Shown in pieces: positions 23,262 to 37,694 of a stretch of DNA of 64,000 nt. The notes beneath the pieces were generated by a model. The model saw only the letters and a list, made by a program, of their open reading frames with translations. It had not been told where the DNA came from and made no database searches. Numbering within the stretch: position 1 is the first letter of the stretch; each line of letters begins with the position of its first letter. Both the position numbers and the translations under genes were made by a program. The DNA lies in assembly GCA_046563655.1 (NCBI GenBank), contig CM102283.1, forward strand, positions 7,626,001-7,690,000, in the 5' to 3' direction. The stretch comes from Yuukianura sp. NJ FZ-2021. Lineage: Eukaryota.

Positions 23262-25048
23262 TTGAGACGATACGTTTTCCTTGTTAAACTTTCCAGTACT
23301 GGCACACTGTATTAGCAGCTGTTTCAGCGATTGTTCCATCGAATCTGTCTGAAGAATAAAAAATGCAGGTTGATTTCATTACAATAATCTTAATGATCAT
23401 TGTTGTGGATGGAATTGCAAGTTGCAAATTGCAACTTGCAATGTGCAACAGCAACTGATTCAACTTATTTACATGTAAATGAATTAAGACCTCTACTCTA
23501 CCAATTACCTCCATCTCCACTACCAAGACCAACCACCACTCTAAACTAAATACGTGATATTAATGTTTTTCTTACAAGCGGAATGTGTGGTGGCAGCGAC
23601 GAACTAATACTATCCTTAGCATTAGTGGAGTTATCCGACTGACCCCCCGAACCGGAACTAGTCGAATTCTGCATTTTTCTAATAAGATCAACGCGCGGAA
23701 AGATTCCTTGAGTATACACTGCCAAAATTTTAAATATGAAATGAAAGCAATTAAAACTAACTTTGTTTTAAACTACTAAGCTTTACCTTAGTTGTGTCGT
23801 GTCTGTGTCCTCCTGAATGAACGAACACTACATGCATAAAGTGACAGATGATGTTGATAATCACATATGACTTCGTCGCGTCAACAACAACGCTTGCTTA
23901 CAAAGCTTTACCTAACGGGGTCTGGCTGAAAGTCGGATTTCGGATTCCTCGGGTTTCTATGAGGGTGTACCCCGATACAAATCTAAATCTAACCCTCTGT
24001 GCGTACGATAATTTACTTCTTATTTCTCAGAATTACTCATTATATTTCCTTATTACTCATTATACAACAGAAGTGTTGAAGTAAACTAAATACTAACTAA
24101 ATTTTACCGAATTTAGTGTCTGGTCGCTTTTTTATTAATTTAGCAATTGGGATATCGTTTGTTTTGCGATTAAGTCCATCAAACTGCTACGTACGCAACA
24201 GTCTAGAATCTTCGGGGGCCCGCAGGTAGCCCAAAATTCTAGCTTTGTAATATTTTGTAAGAATTTAATTTCAAAAAATAAAACCCCACGCCTCTCGAAT
24301 TGAAAAATTGATGTTAAGTTTTCGTTTTCAAGTTCGCAATACGTATTGGTTTGGTATTGCATCACTTGGGTTTCTCCTTATGTTTGGTTGTTATTAGGGA
24401 TTGCTCACATCTCGTTACGTTTTGACGCTTACTAAATCGCATTCTGAAAAATTCTTTCAGAATCGTGCTCAGCATACTCTTATTAGCTTGCAAACTAATT
24501 TTGGTGCAATTCAAGAAAATGAATCGTTTTGAAGTTTATTTTTAAATAGGTTTTTGATTTCCGGTTAAACTTAATTTTTTTTTATTATGAAGATGTAACT
24601 ATATTCAGGGGGTCAAAATATAGGGTCTTTACATAAATTTTCAGAATTTTCAAATTACACTAATTACACTAAAAACTTTTCTGGAGTAAGCTTATGTTTC
24701 ATATTTATGTTTTTTTTGTTCTCGAAAAGATTGTGCTGGACCCTTTAAAAATTGGTTTTTGGTTACCACTTTCCCCGGTCCATTAGTGTACGTCCATAAG
24801 TGGCTGTACCTAAAGGATCCGTTAATCGTTTATATTTCCCAATATATTAACTTCCCAATATTTTAATTTGTTGTAACACAACAATTATTACTAATTCACA
24901 AGTTGCCAATGATTATCATGACTAATACATTCTTGAATCTTAAAAATTGCTAAATTAAATTAATTCTACGGTTTTTTTTCTCTGTTACATATATCGTTTT
25001 ACATCGTACCCTCAACCCTGAAACTTTTTGATGTCAGCTTAAATCCAT

Positions 25049-25661
25049 TCAAGGGAACTTTCCATAGGCTTTCGGATGGATGCACGAACCAAAGGCCCTC
25101 ATGCTGTTCCCCATTGTTTTACCTGCCGGTGCTTTTGGTACTACGCACGGGGGGGCGCTGATGTCAAGGAGACACGGATCTCCTGGTTCGACAGCAAGAG
25201 TCAGACCACTATTATGATTCCACGTACCACAATATTCTAGGGCATAAAATGTGACACATCTTGGTACTATTGCAGACATCACCAAATGCTGCCTCGAGAA
25301 CAAGTCCTTATTCCCGTCGTACGGATGAGGTAGATCGATGCACAATACGTTCGCGTTCGGCGCGAGAAACACGTCTTTAAAAATAAACGAAATTTAGTCA
25401 ATGATCCATACATGCTCAGCTCAATGATACAATGTTTGAAAACCCTAAGCTTTAATTGAATAATTAAAAGTTGTCACAGTAGGGAAACTTCTTACCAAGT
25501 CTCATCCCTTGGAAATTTGCCTTCGAAAAGAACTGGTAGTGATCAGTACATCCCTCATACTTCCCTTCCCCGCATGGAATAACGCTAGTGTTGCCCAAGG
25601 ATACTAGATACGCCAAAGCAAAAGCAATGCTGCCAAGATGAGCAATTGTTAACCCTGCCAT
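25049..25661 (-). CDS. Small secreted Cys-containing protein, possibly beta/gamma-crystallin-like fold
   Basis: Exons 25661-25496 and 25374-25049 are in frame. Signal peptide MAGLTIAHLGSIAFALAYLVSLG. FFSKANFQG, CVTFY..YCG and NSMR resemble crystallin Greek-key motifs; the fold call is tentative. Confidence 0.6.
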
Positions 25662-26434
25662 TGTTGCTCAAAAGATTTCAGTTAGAATCGGTTGCAAAAT
25701 CCGGACTGCGTTAAAAATATGCTGATAGCCTAATTTTTGTACCTTTTAGATGACATTTACAGGCATTGCGTGCTAGCAACGCCTTTGCATTGTCCTCTGT
25801 CCACAAAAAAAGCATTGTCCTTTGTCCAAGAAAAGAAGTTTGACAAATTTTAATTGTTCTGCTAAGACGCTGATGAATCATTAAAATTTTATTGTCGCTC
25901 CTGCCCAAGTTATTTTTGCACTTTTCTAATGATTTCTTAGAAAATATCAGAATTAAAAAAAAACCTAATATGTACACTCTACGTTTAGTTTGGGTTTTTA
26001 ATTTTTCAAGATAAAAAATCGTCGAAAATTTTTTAATACTGACAGCATTCCCGCTATAATGCTGACAAACATTACCAAAGTGAGAAAAAGAAATGTCAAT
26101 TTATTGAATTAAATTATTTGAAACAACTAATTTAATGAAAATTCATCGCAGAGTTGAAAATAAATATAATGTGTAATGTGTCTATTATGCGTAATGGGTA
26201 TAATCCATTACAAAGAGTAAAGTTTAAATTGTTTCCATGAGGATGCCCATACCTGGCTAACACAGGCCGGGCGGGTAACAAGACTGTTTGAAAATAGCGC
26301 GACCTATGAAAAGTAAAGTCATTCTCAATTTCTTTTCTTTGTCTCTCAGTTTACTTCTGCTGTTTGAGCTGACAGGGTCATCTAAGGTCATTTGCTCATC
26401 TTCAACTAACGTTATTCTCATCTGACCTGCTACC

Positions 26435-29166
26435 ATGACCTTTTACATTTACACACTCTTCGTACTCGCTTTTCTCATCGTTAGAGTCCACGTAGCACAT
26501 GGACAAGAACAAAAGACTGTCCTCTATATAGAACGCCTTGGCGAAAATTGCCAGCACAATTTACAAGTATATCGACACTTTCAAGTCGGAATGAAGGGCT
26601 TCTACCTCATGGAATGTAACCCGGAGAAGTACTTGAAGTGCAAGGAACAACTTGAGGGAGGCTGGACTTGCCAGTGCGCTTTCGAACCAGAAGACTACGA
26701 CCCCAACCTTTGCAAAAAGCCACCACCTAGCAGGGATTTTGGCGAATTATGTAGTTTGCTTGAAAGTAAGTCACTTGTGCTAAGCCTAACTTATACTCTA
26801 AATATACTCGAAATTGGTGCATTCACATTCTTTTTTAATTTGCTTTCAGCTTGTCGTAAGCCGTACGTGTGTCCAAACGATGAGAAATCTGTTAGCACAT
26901 GCCGGTGTCCCGCTGACACACCACTTCATAACGAAGAGAAACGTACATGCAACAAATACGGCTATGAAGACACATGTGCTGTAACTACTAGTCCCAATGG
27001 TGTGTGTATAATTATTAATTACCAAGACAATACAACAAACAACTGGAAATGTACGAAAACTAAATATGTAATACTTTTTGTGCAGTTTGTGTGGGAAATT
27101 GTGTTTGTACCGGGGGTAAGTGTACGTGTCCTGCAGGATTGCCTAACTGGAATCCGGATCGCGCAAAGTGTCAGGGGGCGTCTCATGGCGAGGCATGTGA
27201 CGATAAGATACGTAAGTTTTGTTTTAAATAATTCCCGTTAGTTAATATTCGCTTTTCATTTAACCTAATTATTATTTTCAAACTCGAGTAACTATTAATG
27301 TGAATGCATTCCGTTTTCTTTTCAACAGAATGTCACACAGGAGCAGGACTTAGTTGTGAGGCTGGGAAGTGCGAATGTAAGAACCCCAAAAAACCGAATT
27401 GGAACCCGGACAGAAAGGAATGCGATGGGAAGCTCTACAATGAAGCATGCACAAGAGACAGCACAGACGGTGTGTTCAAATTTTTTATGTTTTACATATG
27501 TGTAAGTACAGATTTAGCTCTCAGCTTCACGTCATGTTGCTTTTTGTATGTGCAAATTCAGAGTGCATGGCCATTTTGACTTGTTACGGAGAAAAGTGTA
27601 ATTGCGGCCATACATCTGCGACATACGACGAGGCGACGAAGAGCTGCGTTAATAAACCAAAGTTTGGCGAGCACTGTGACTTCAAAGACCCGGCGTTAAA
27701 TGTACTGGGTAAGTGGTTTGAAAAATTTGGTCAACATCGGGAGTATAAAAACTGAGTATTTCTTTGTTCAGAATGTTCCGACCCTTCGCTTATCTGTGGC
27801 AGCAAAGAATCTCTTTGTATTTGCAAATACGAGTGGCATGGACCGGATAGCACGAAATCAAAATGCGTCACAAAGTTAACACATTCAACTTTCGGCGGAA
27901 CATGCAGCCAGGACGGTAAAAATTCTAAATTGACGGAATTGAAGAAGCGGAAATACTTAATTAGCGAAAAGTTAACTGTTTTTTTTTTAATTTTCAGCCG
28001 ATTGTCTCTCTGGAGCCAAGCTAAATTGTACCGGCAATATTTGTTCTTGTGCATCGGATAGACTTTGGAACCAAATAGAATGTGAACTGAAAAGCAAAAT
28101 GAAAAAATGCGACCCAACCGAAAAAAGTAAGTTAAAAATCGTGTGAGACTATGTAATATGTGTTCGCTGATCGTACGGTGCAATATTGTCAGTTCCAGCT
28201 GGCGCTTGCTTCAATCCGATTGGAGAAAACAGTGAATGTGACGAAAAGGAGAAGTTGTGTCGGTGTGCTAGTAACGCAGTATTTGTCCTCTGGGCCAACG
28301 GATGTAAACTCAAAGCGGGGGAAGACTGTAGTTTCGAGGGCATCAAGTATCATGATTTGTGCGCAAGTCAAGGGTGTGGAAAAGATGGAAAATGTGAGTG
28401 TCCTCTACAAAACGGAGTTCCCGCAGTTTCTTCGTCTGAACCAGGGGAAGGTTGCATCCTCAACTTCCAAGGTCATCCGTGCCATGAGGACAATGGTAAA
28501 CATGCGACAAATGTAACTTATAACTTATCAAGTCATTATCCTTGCTAAATAATTCCAATTTTATTTCCAAATGACTTCATCAAGATTGTAACCCTTCTGC
28601 CAAGAAAAACGCTTCTCGTGCCCTACTCATTTGTAATCCGGAGACCAGCAGATGCGAATGTGGAAGTGGACTCAGCTACTCCCAAGGATACTGCATTCGA
28701 ACAAACATGACCTTTGGAGACACGAAGTGTGACCGCCGTAAGTTAGCATCGACACAGCATTTTCTCTGGCTACCAGCTATTCAGTTACTGTGAACTAAAA
28801 AGTATGATCATCGTGTTCTTAGGGTTTGGTCGTTCATGTGCAATGGACACTCTGACTACGCTGAGTTGCGTTGAAAACAAGGGAACCTATTCGTGTGTTT
28901 GTCTACCAAAACCGATGCTTGACCGCTTCACTGGTGGGAAAAACGTTAAAGTTGCTACGGAGTGGGACGAGGTTGAAAAGAAGTGTGCTTTGAAGAACAT
29001 TGGATCGAAATGTGTCAAAGGATACGAATGCAGGAGTGGAATCTGTTCTTCAAAGGGCTTATGCGTTCCAAAGCCACGTAAACGATCGGGCGTTGGGAAG
29101 CCACTTCAGGGGCCGGCAACTTCCGTGTTGGCCGTTCTCGTCTACTTATACTTCAAAACGTACTAA
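26435..29166 (+). CDS. Multi-exon Cys-rich (EB/EGF-like repeat) secreted protein with hydrophobic C-terminus (GPI/TM), copy 1
   Basis: Signal MTFYIYTLFVLAFLIVRVHVAHG. About 10 short exons each carry C-x-C..W....C modules. C-terminus SGVGKPLQGPATSVLAVLVYLYFKTY. Confidence 0.8.
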
Positions 29167-30988
29167 ATACTCAACACATCAACACTCAATCTTAAACTTA
29201 AGCTAGCACTTTGTATTGAGTACATTGGAGTAGCAACTGTATCAGCGATTGTTCCGTCGAATCTGTCTAATGTAAGATGGCGATCATTAACCTCACTTCA
29301 ATACAATTGCAATTCCTTTATTTTTACGAATTACTACTTACAACTCCAAAAGTGTGATAAATTTTTCTTCTTAAATACAAGCAGAATTGGTGGCGACAAC
29401 GATCGGTGGCGATGCTGATGTCTGATCACTTAGCATTAGCGCTAGCGCAGCTACTCGAGACTAGACTGACCCCCGCACGAACCCGAGCTAAAGTCGAATT
29501 CTCCATTTTATTTTTTATCTAATAAGATCAATATACACCACCATTACCAAATGCTTGGTTGTAAATTGCCAAAATTTTAAATAAGGAATACCGGAAAACA
29601 GTTGAAAAATTGTTTAATTAAAGTTTACCTGAATTTTTTTTAATGTACAATGAAAACCAAGTACAAGTAGCAAGTGAGTAAATGTGACTGATGATGATGA
29701 CATTTGACCTGACGCGAGGTCACGTAGTGCCCGTGTATTCATAGTTTTACAAATTATTTTTTCGTAATAAAAATTAAATTTAAAAAAAAGAGTCTCCCGC
29801 CTCGCCAAAGAGAGACTCCAATTGAAAAAAGTGCAACCAAATTTTGAACTTTGACGACAACCGTGCGGATACGGAAGGACGTATTACATGGAAATTCACT
29901 CGCATTCCCAGCTTTGCCAACTTTATTTGTTTATTTCCTAATTTATTAACTTCCCAGTATTTGAAATAATCCTTAACCTTAGGTCATCTAAATTACAAAG
30001 AAGGTTTTCAAATTGTGTTTTCCTTAGCAACTTTAATTAAATTCGTAGGTTGCCGTAAGGCGGTAAACGAACGTTGTATCACGGTGATTCAACATATGAT
30101 AAACCTGATTTTATAGCTGAAAAAAATCTCACCATTCGTGCGTAACATTTGGTGTAATCCTGAGGCTCGTGTCTTGGGAAAAAATTTCGAGAGTTGGATT
30201 TGAAATGCCGGAAAAATATGAAAAGTTCGTACAAACTTTCAGGGCTTTTATTTTTGAATTTCATACCAACGCCCCAATAAAACCCAACATTCGTGGTAAC
30301 ATTTTCATATAAGCCCGAGGCAATGGCAATAGCAGCTTTTGGGAAAAAATTTCCAAAGTTGGATTGTTAAAAGCTCGACTGAAATTTAACTTTTAAAAGC
30401 AGTTGAATTGTAAAAAATTCAATTGAAATCCAACTGTTGTTAGAAGGATTCGAATTTTGAAAAACAGGCGAAACGTCACTCTTGGGCCTTGCGTTTTGGA
30501 AAATTGAGTCGAAATGCAGGTTTCAGAGAGATTTCATTTTTGAAAGAGCTGAAATTTGCCTTAGAAGCCTTCGAATATTGAAAAAAAAGGTATTACGATG
30601 GTACTACAATGGTGACTTAAACTGTGATTAGGAGGATTGGACGGGTCTGGGGCGGAGCCCCAGCAATCTTTGCGCAGCAAACCTTGTATGATCTAACAAA
30701 AAGAGTAGAGTTTAGATTGCTACTATGACGATGGCCATGCATGTATGCAAAGGTGAACTGTTGTTAGGATACCAACCGAGTTTGTTTGTTTACTTCGCTC
30801 ACCTCAAACACGATGCTTGTTCGATCCCAGTAGTGCAGTAGTAGCTGCCTGTGCAACCGCCAAAAACTAGAGTCATTCTCAATTTCTTTTCTTTGTCTCT
30901 CAGTTTGCCTCTGCTGTTTGAGCTGACAGGGTCATCTAAGGTCATTTGATCATCTTCAACTAACGTTATTCTCATCTGACCTGCTACC

Positions 30989-33761
30989 ATGACCTCTTAC
31001 ATTTACACACTCCTCGTACTCGTTTTCGTCATCGTTGGAGTCCACGTAGCACATGGAGAAGAACAAAAGCTTGTCCTCTATTTAGAAAACATTGGCCAAA
31101 ATTGCCAGCACAACCTACAAGTATATCGACACTTTCAAAACGGACTGAAGGGCTTCTACCTAATGGAGTGTAACCCGGCGAAGTACTTAAAGTGCAGGGA
31201 ACAACCGGAAGGAGGCTGGACTTGCCAGTGCGCTTCCGAACCCGAACACGACAACCCCAACATTTGCGAACGTCCGCCACCTAGCCGGGATTTTGACGAA
31301 TCTTGTGATTTGCTTGAAAGTAAGTCACAAAGCCACTTAACCAAGCCAAGCCATGCCAAGCATCGTCCGAAACTAAATATACTTAATACAAATATAGTTG
31401 ACAAAGGGTGCATTCACATTCTTCTTTAATTTGCTTTCAGCTTGTCGTAAGCCGTACGTGTGTCCAAACGATGCCAAACGACCTATTAACAAATGCGAGT
31501 GTCCTGCTGACGCACCACGTCATAACGAAGAGAAACATACATGCAGCAAATATGGCTATCAAGACACATGTGCTGTAGGTCCTAAGCCTGATGTCAAGGG
31601 TATGTGTATAATTAATTTACAAGACAATACAACAACTGGAAATGTACGACAACTAAATATGTAACACTTTTTGTGCAGTTTGTGTTGGAAATACTGTTTG
31701 TACCGGGGGTAAGTGTACATGTCCTGAAGCATTGCCTAACTGGAATCCGGATCACAAAGAGTGTCAGGGGGCGTCTAACGGCGAGGCATGTGACGACAAG
31801 ATAAGTACGTTTTTTAAAAAATAATTCTCGTTCGTTAATATTCGCTTTTCATGATTACTATTTTCCAACTCAAGTAACTATCAATGTAAATGCATATTCG
31901 GTTTTCCTTTTAACAGAATGTCACACCGCAGCCGGACTTAGTTGTGAGGCTGGGAAGTGCGAATGTAAGAACCCAAAAAAATCCACTTGGAACCCGGACA
32001 GAAAGGAATGCGATGGGAAAGGCTACAATGAAGCATGTACAAAAGACAGTACAGACGGTGTGTTCAAATTTTTTATGTTTTACATGTATACTAACTAATA
32101 CAGATTTAGCTCTGGCTTCATATTGTTGTTTCTTTTTCTGTTGTTTTTTTATGTGTGTGTGCAATTTCAGAATGCATGGCCGTTTTGACTTGTTACGGAG
32201 AAAAGTGTAATTGCGGTCATACATCGACCTACGACGAGGCTACGAAGGACTGCGTTAATAAACCAAAGTTTGGCGAGCACTGTGACTTCAAAGACCCGGC
32301 GTTAAATGTACTGGGTAAGTGGTTTGCAAAATTTGGTCAACCTCGTGAGTATAAAAACTGAGTAATTTCTTTTGTTCAGAATGTTCCGACGCATCGCTTA
32401 TCTGTGGCACCAAAGAGGAGAAATGTATTTGTAAATACAATTGGCAGGAACCGGATAGCACGAAATCAAAATGCGTCACAAAGTTACAGGCAACTTTCGG
32501 CGGAGCATGCAAGGAGGACGGTAAAAATTCTAGTCGGAATTGAAGAAGCCGAAATACTTAATTACCGAAAAGTTAATTGTTTTTTTTTTAAATTTTCAGG
32601 CGATTGTCAATCTGGAGCCAATTTAACTTGTACCAGCAAAATTTGTTCTTGTGCATCGGATAGCCTTTGGAACGAAAGAGAATGTGAGCTGAAGAGCAAA
32701 ATGAAAAAATGTGAGCCGGACGGAAAAAGTAAGTTAAAAATCGTGTGAGACTATGTCATTTGTGTTCGCCGATCATATGGTGCAATATTGTCAATTCCAG
32801 CTGACGCTTGCTTCAATCCGATTGGAGAAAACAGTGAATGTGACGAAAAGGAGAAGTTGTGTATGTGTGCTAGTAACGCAGTATTTGTCCTCTGGGCCAA
32901 CGGATGTAAACTCAAAGCGGGGGAAGACTGTAGTTTCGATGGCATCAAGTATCATGATTTGTGCGCAAGTCAAGGATGCGATGGTAATGGAAAATGTGAT
33001 TGTGATCTACTAAACGGAGCTCCGAGAGTTATGTCGTCTGAACCAGGGGAAGGTTGCATCCTCAATTTCCAAGGTCATCCGTGCCATGATGACAGTGGTA
33101 AACATGCGACAAATGCACTTATCATATCATTATCCTCGCTAAATAATTCTAATTTTTATTTCGAAATGTTTTCATCAAGATTGTAACCCTTCTCCCAAGA
33201 AAAACGCTACTCGTGACCTACTCATTTGTAATCCGGAGACCAGCAGATGCGAGTGTGAAAGTGGTCTCAGCTACTCCCAAGGATACTGCATTCGAACAAA
33301 CATGACCTTTGGAGACACGAAGTGTGACCGCCGTAAGTTAGCATCGACACAGCATTTTCTCTTGCTACCAGCTATTCAGTTACTTTGAACTAAAAATTAT
33401 GATCATGGTGTTCTTAGGGTTTGGTCGTTCATGCGCAATGGACACTCTGACTACGCTGAGTTGCGTTGAAAACAAGGGAACCTATTCGTGTGCTTGTCTT
33501 CCAAAACCGATGCTTGACCGCTTCACTGGTGGGAAAAACGTTAAAGTTGCTACGGAGTGGGACGAGGTTGAAAAGAAGTGTACTTTCAAAAGCATTGGAT
33601 CGAAGTGTGTCAAGGGATACGAATGCAAGAGTGGAGTCTGTTCTTCAAAGGGCTTATGCGTTCCAAAGCCACGGAAAAAATCGGGTGTTGGAAAGCCGCT
33701 TCAGGGGCCGGCAACTATCGTGTTGGCCGTTCTCGTCTACTTTTACGTCAAAACGTACTAA
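30989..33761 (+). CDS. Cys-rich secreted/GPI-anchored protein, copy 2 (tandem paralog)
   Basis: Exon-for-exon and intron-for-intron similarity to 26435-29166. Signal MTSYIYTLLVLVFVIVGVHVAHG; ends VLAVLVYFYVKTY. Confidence 0.8.
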
Positions 33762-34026
33762 ATACTCAACACATCAACACTCAATCTTAAACTTCAACGA
33801 GAATTAATCGAACAAAAGAGAAACAAAATTGTTAGTAATTGTAAACATGTTCAATTGAAACATGTTACATAATAATTCTACATAAGAATCTTCTTTACTA
33901 AATATACAATTCCAAACTGGGATTTCATTTCCTGATCTCAGCGTGGCAGAAAGTTGTGCACAATCATTTTTAATTTTAAATGTAGGATTATCATTTTATT
34001 CAACTTACAGAAATTAGTTTCGTTAG

Positions 34027-35487
34027 TTAACAAAAATTGTCAGTTCCAAGTAGTTCCAAGTAACTTGACCTCAAGTATTTCCAGTCGTACAAATCAAAGT
34101 TTACTGCGCAGGAGAGTGAATGTGGTGCTGGACATGACAAAATTTGTTTTAACTTTGTCAGTAGATCGTCGTCACTTGTGTAAATGCATTCCGAAGATGG
34201 AAATATTTCAGGGTAGACGAGCCGATTTGGACAAAGTGGAAAGCAACCCAAGTACACTGCTTCCATCCTAGTAAAGATTTAAAGCTATTTAGTTACACAA
34301 TTTCTTAAATACTATATTTGAGAACCGTTTGATGCTTTAGTGTACATTGCTACTCCGAAAAACTCATGATGAGCAGTCGACACGACAATGTCGCTTTGTC
34401 TTAGCACATTGTAGTAATCATCTTTCTTTGGTAGATGGCCATAATGGTCAATGAAGTCTCCCAGCTTTGCTTTAGCTTCAGTGAAAACTTCCAAGTTATC
34501 TGTGAAGTTTTCACCAAGTATTGACAACCGAAAATTTGTTACCCCCTGCTCCACCAACTTGTAAATTGTGTTGAAGAAAAGTTCTGGGTTCTTGTCAAAT
34601 TCCCTGTGAAAATCGATGGGTTACGCTTAGCTCACACTTTAATAACAAATCGTACAGTTAACATTGCTAATTTGTTAACTTTGTTACTTACCATCGATGT
34701 GGCCAAACTATTCTGTAGATTCTACAAGTACTATCGGTACTTGTGGTTGGAGGTACGGTACTTGTACTTGGCTGGTCCGCCTTTGACACAATTCTACTTG
34801 AAGGCATAGAATCAAAGCAAATTGGAAAGTACATTACACGACATTTTGGTTCGATGGACTCTCTTAAATTTTTAGGGCGGTAGTCCGGCTGAAGTTTAAA
34901 AAATTTGGTCAAGTTGGCCAAGAATGACTCCATGTTGAATCTGGAATTGAAAACAACCACATCGGCAGCCAGGCTGGAACAAAATCAAACATTCATAAAA
35001 TTCATTTCCAGATTAAAATCTTTTACCAGATCGGTTGAAAATTATTCTTACCAAGACATGACTTGGTTGTACCCATACTGGAAATCTCGGTCTTTGGATT
35101 TCCTAACGGGATAAATCAATTGGTTTTCATGAAAGTATATAATTTTCTTAGCGTTTTGTAAATCCGGACGGAGTCCCAGTAGCTCATGAAGCGGAAGAAC
35201 GCAACTTGCGAATACATGTCTACAAACACAAAATATCGTCAAAACTCAAAATTAAAACGTAATAGTTATACTTTGAAAGTATTTTACCGATAATTGGCAT
35301 TCCTTGGAATGATCTGCGACAAATGAAGAGCGCTAGTTCTGGCTCTCCAGTGCCATTTCTTTCCAGTCATGGTAATCAAGTCAACTGATTCCTTTGACCT
35401 GACATTCTTCAATTCTGAATGGAGAAGGTCAATCAATTGCCGATGTGAGCCGGCGTAGTATGGTTCAATTAACAAAATTCTGTCCAT
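34027..35487 (-). CDS. GTDC1: Glycosyltransferase-like domain-containing protein 1 (tRNA-queuosine mannosyltransferase QTMAN)
   Basis: [112 protein letters not shown]. Confidence 0.95.
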
Positions 35488-35972
35488 TACGAATTATCCG
35501 AATCGGTTCAGCTAAAAGTACTTGAATGCTTCTTCAGCATTCGGAGTCACAAAATACTTCGGAATGTGGTGGTATCCAGAATAGTTGCCCATATCTGTAA
35601 CAATGGTGAGAAATTGTGTGTATGAATTTTTAAACGAACCTACACTGACTTTCGGACACTGGAATCAAGGTAATTTGACTTTGACCTTTGTCAACTCACG
35701 CCCAGTTACTGAAGAGGCTCCAGTTCCAGTCGCTGTACCGCTTCCATCACTTGTCTTCCGGACTCCTTGGCGATACCCACGCTTCGACCGGTAACCAATT
35801 AATAATTGATTGATCTGTCGTTAGTTTTTTGAAATAAAAGTCTGAACTTTTCTTTTTTGAAACTTTAGTTCACGTTGGAAAGTGAAAAACACCTCCTGTC
35901 GCTGTCACCACTCACATCTTCGCAACAATTCGCTTCAGTAGTCACCAATTTCAATTCGTTGGACGAACGATA
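35488..35972. promoter_or_regulatory. Head-to-head intergenic region, probable bidirectional promoter of GTDC1 and Tpi
   Basis: The two ATGs point away from each other and are under 500 bp apart. A Tpi 5'-UTR intron is likely at ~35791-35868. Confidence 0.55.
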
Positions 35973-36887
<915 letters not shown>

Positions 36888-37694
36888 AACGTCAGTCCCA
36901 CTAGTAAGTCCAGTAATTAGTGATCTTGATCTTAGTTTAGTGATAATTGACAACCTATATTTGACTATTTGCTTTAACTCAAATCCGTTGTCCAGAAATT
37001 AATGTGGTAACCAGAATGAGATTTTGGTTACCACTTGACTTTCTAATTTGTTCCAATCAGTATATTACACTCCCCCCTAAAATTTATGACACTAAAAACA
37101 TAAATAATTGTTGTTTTCGAATTAAGTTTTTTAAGGTCACAGAGCTCGTCATTAAGGGATCATGTCACCTCAATCTCTGTTTGACACACTGGCTTAAGCC
37201 AGAAGCTGTTTGTTGTTGGCTACACGCGATTATTTTCATCTGCTTTTAAACCCATCTCCTCTTCATCTTCAATTCGTAATCAGATGCTCAAGGTTTTGCA
37301 CAAAAACTTGGGCTTTACAAAAACCAACCACCAAAAGTCTCCTTACCAGTTGAATTTGCGTCTCAAAGTCCATCAGACGTGGTCCAATTCCTCATTTTTC
37401 GTTTGGGAACACACTATAAGTTCCTCATTTGGGAACAACGCTCTACACATGATCAGTTGAATCTTCATCTTCCTTGACCTTGTTCCTCAACTTTCTACAA
37501 AGTCTTGCATAACGCTCCCCCCAACAAAAGTACCGTTAGCATTTCACCAACTCCCCGTCAATCGACTTCAAAAACTTGTTTTTTACTTTAAATTTTTTTC
37601 AAACTTAAATAGTAAGGCGAGTTTTTAAGATTAGTAGGCTAAACTTCAATTTACATGAGATCTTCACAAAGTGCTTGTTTTAAGTGTCCAAGTT

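Noticed and set aside
29800-30670. Possible transposon remnant (ggggcggagcccc motif) between the Cys-rich genes
   Set aside because: No termini, target-site duplication or transposase similarity could be identified.
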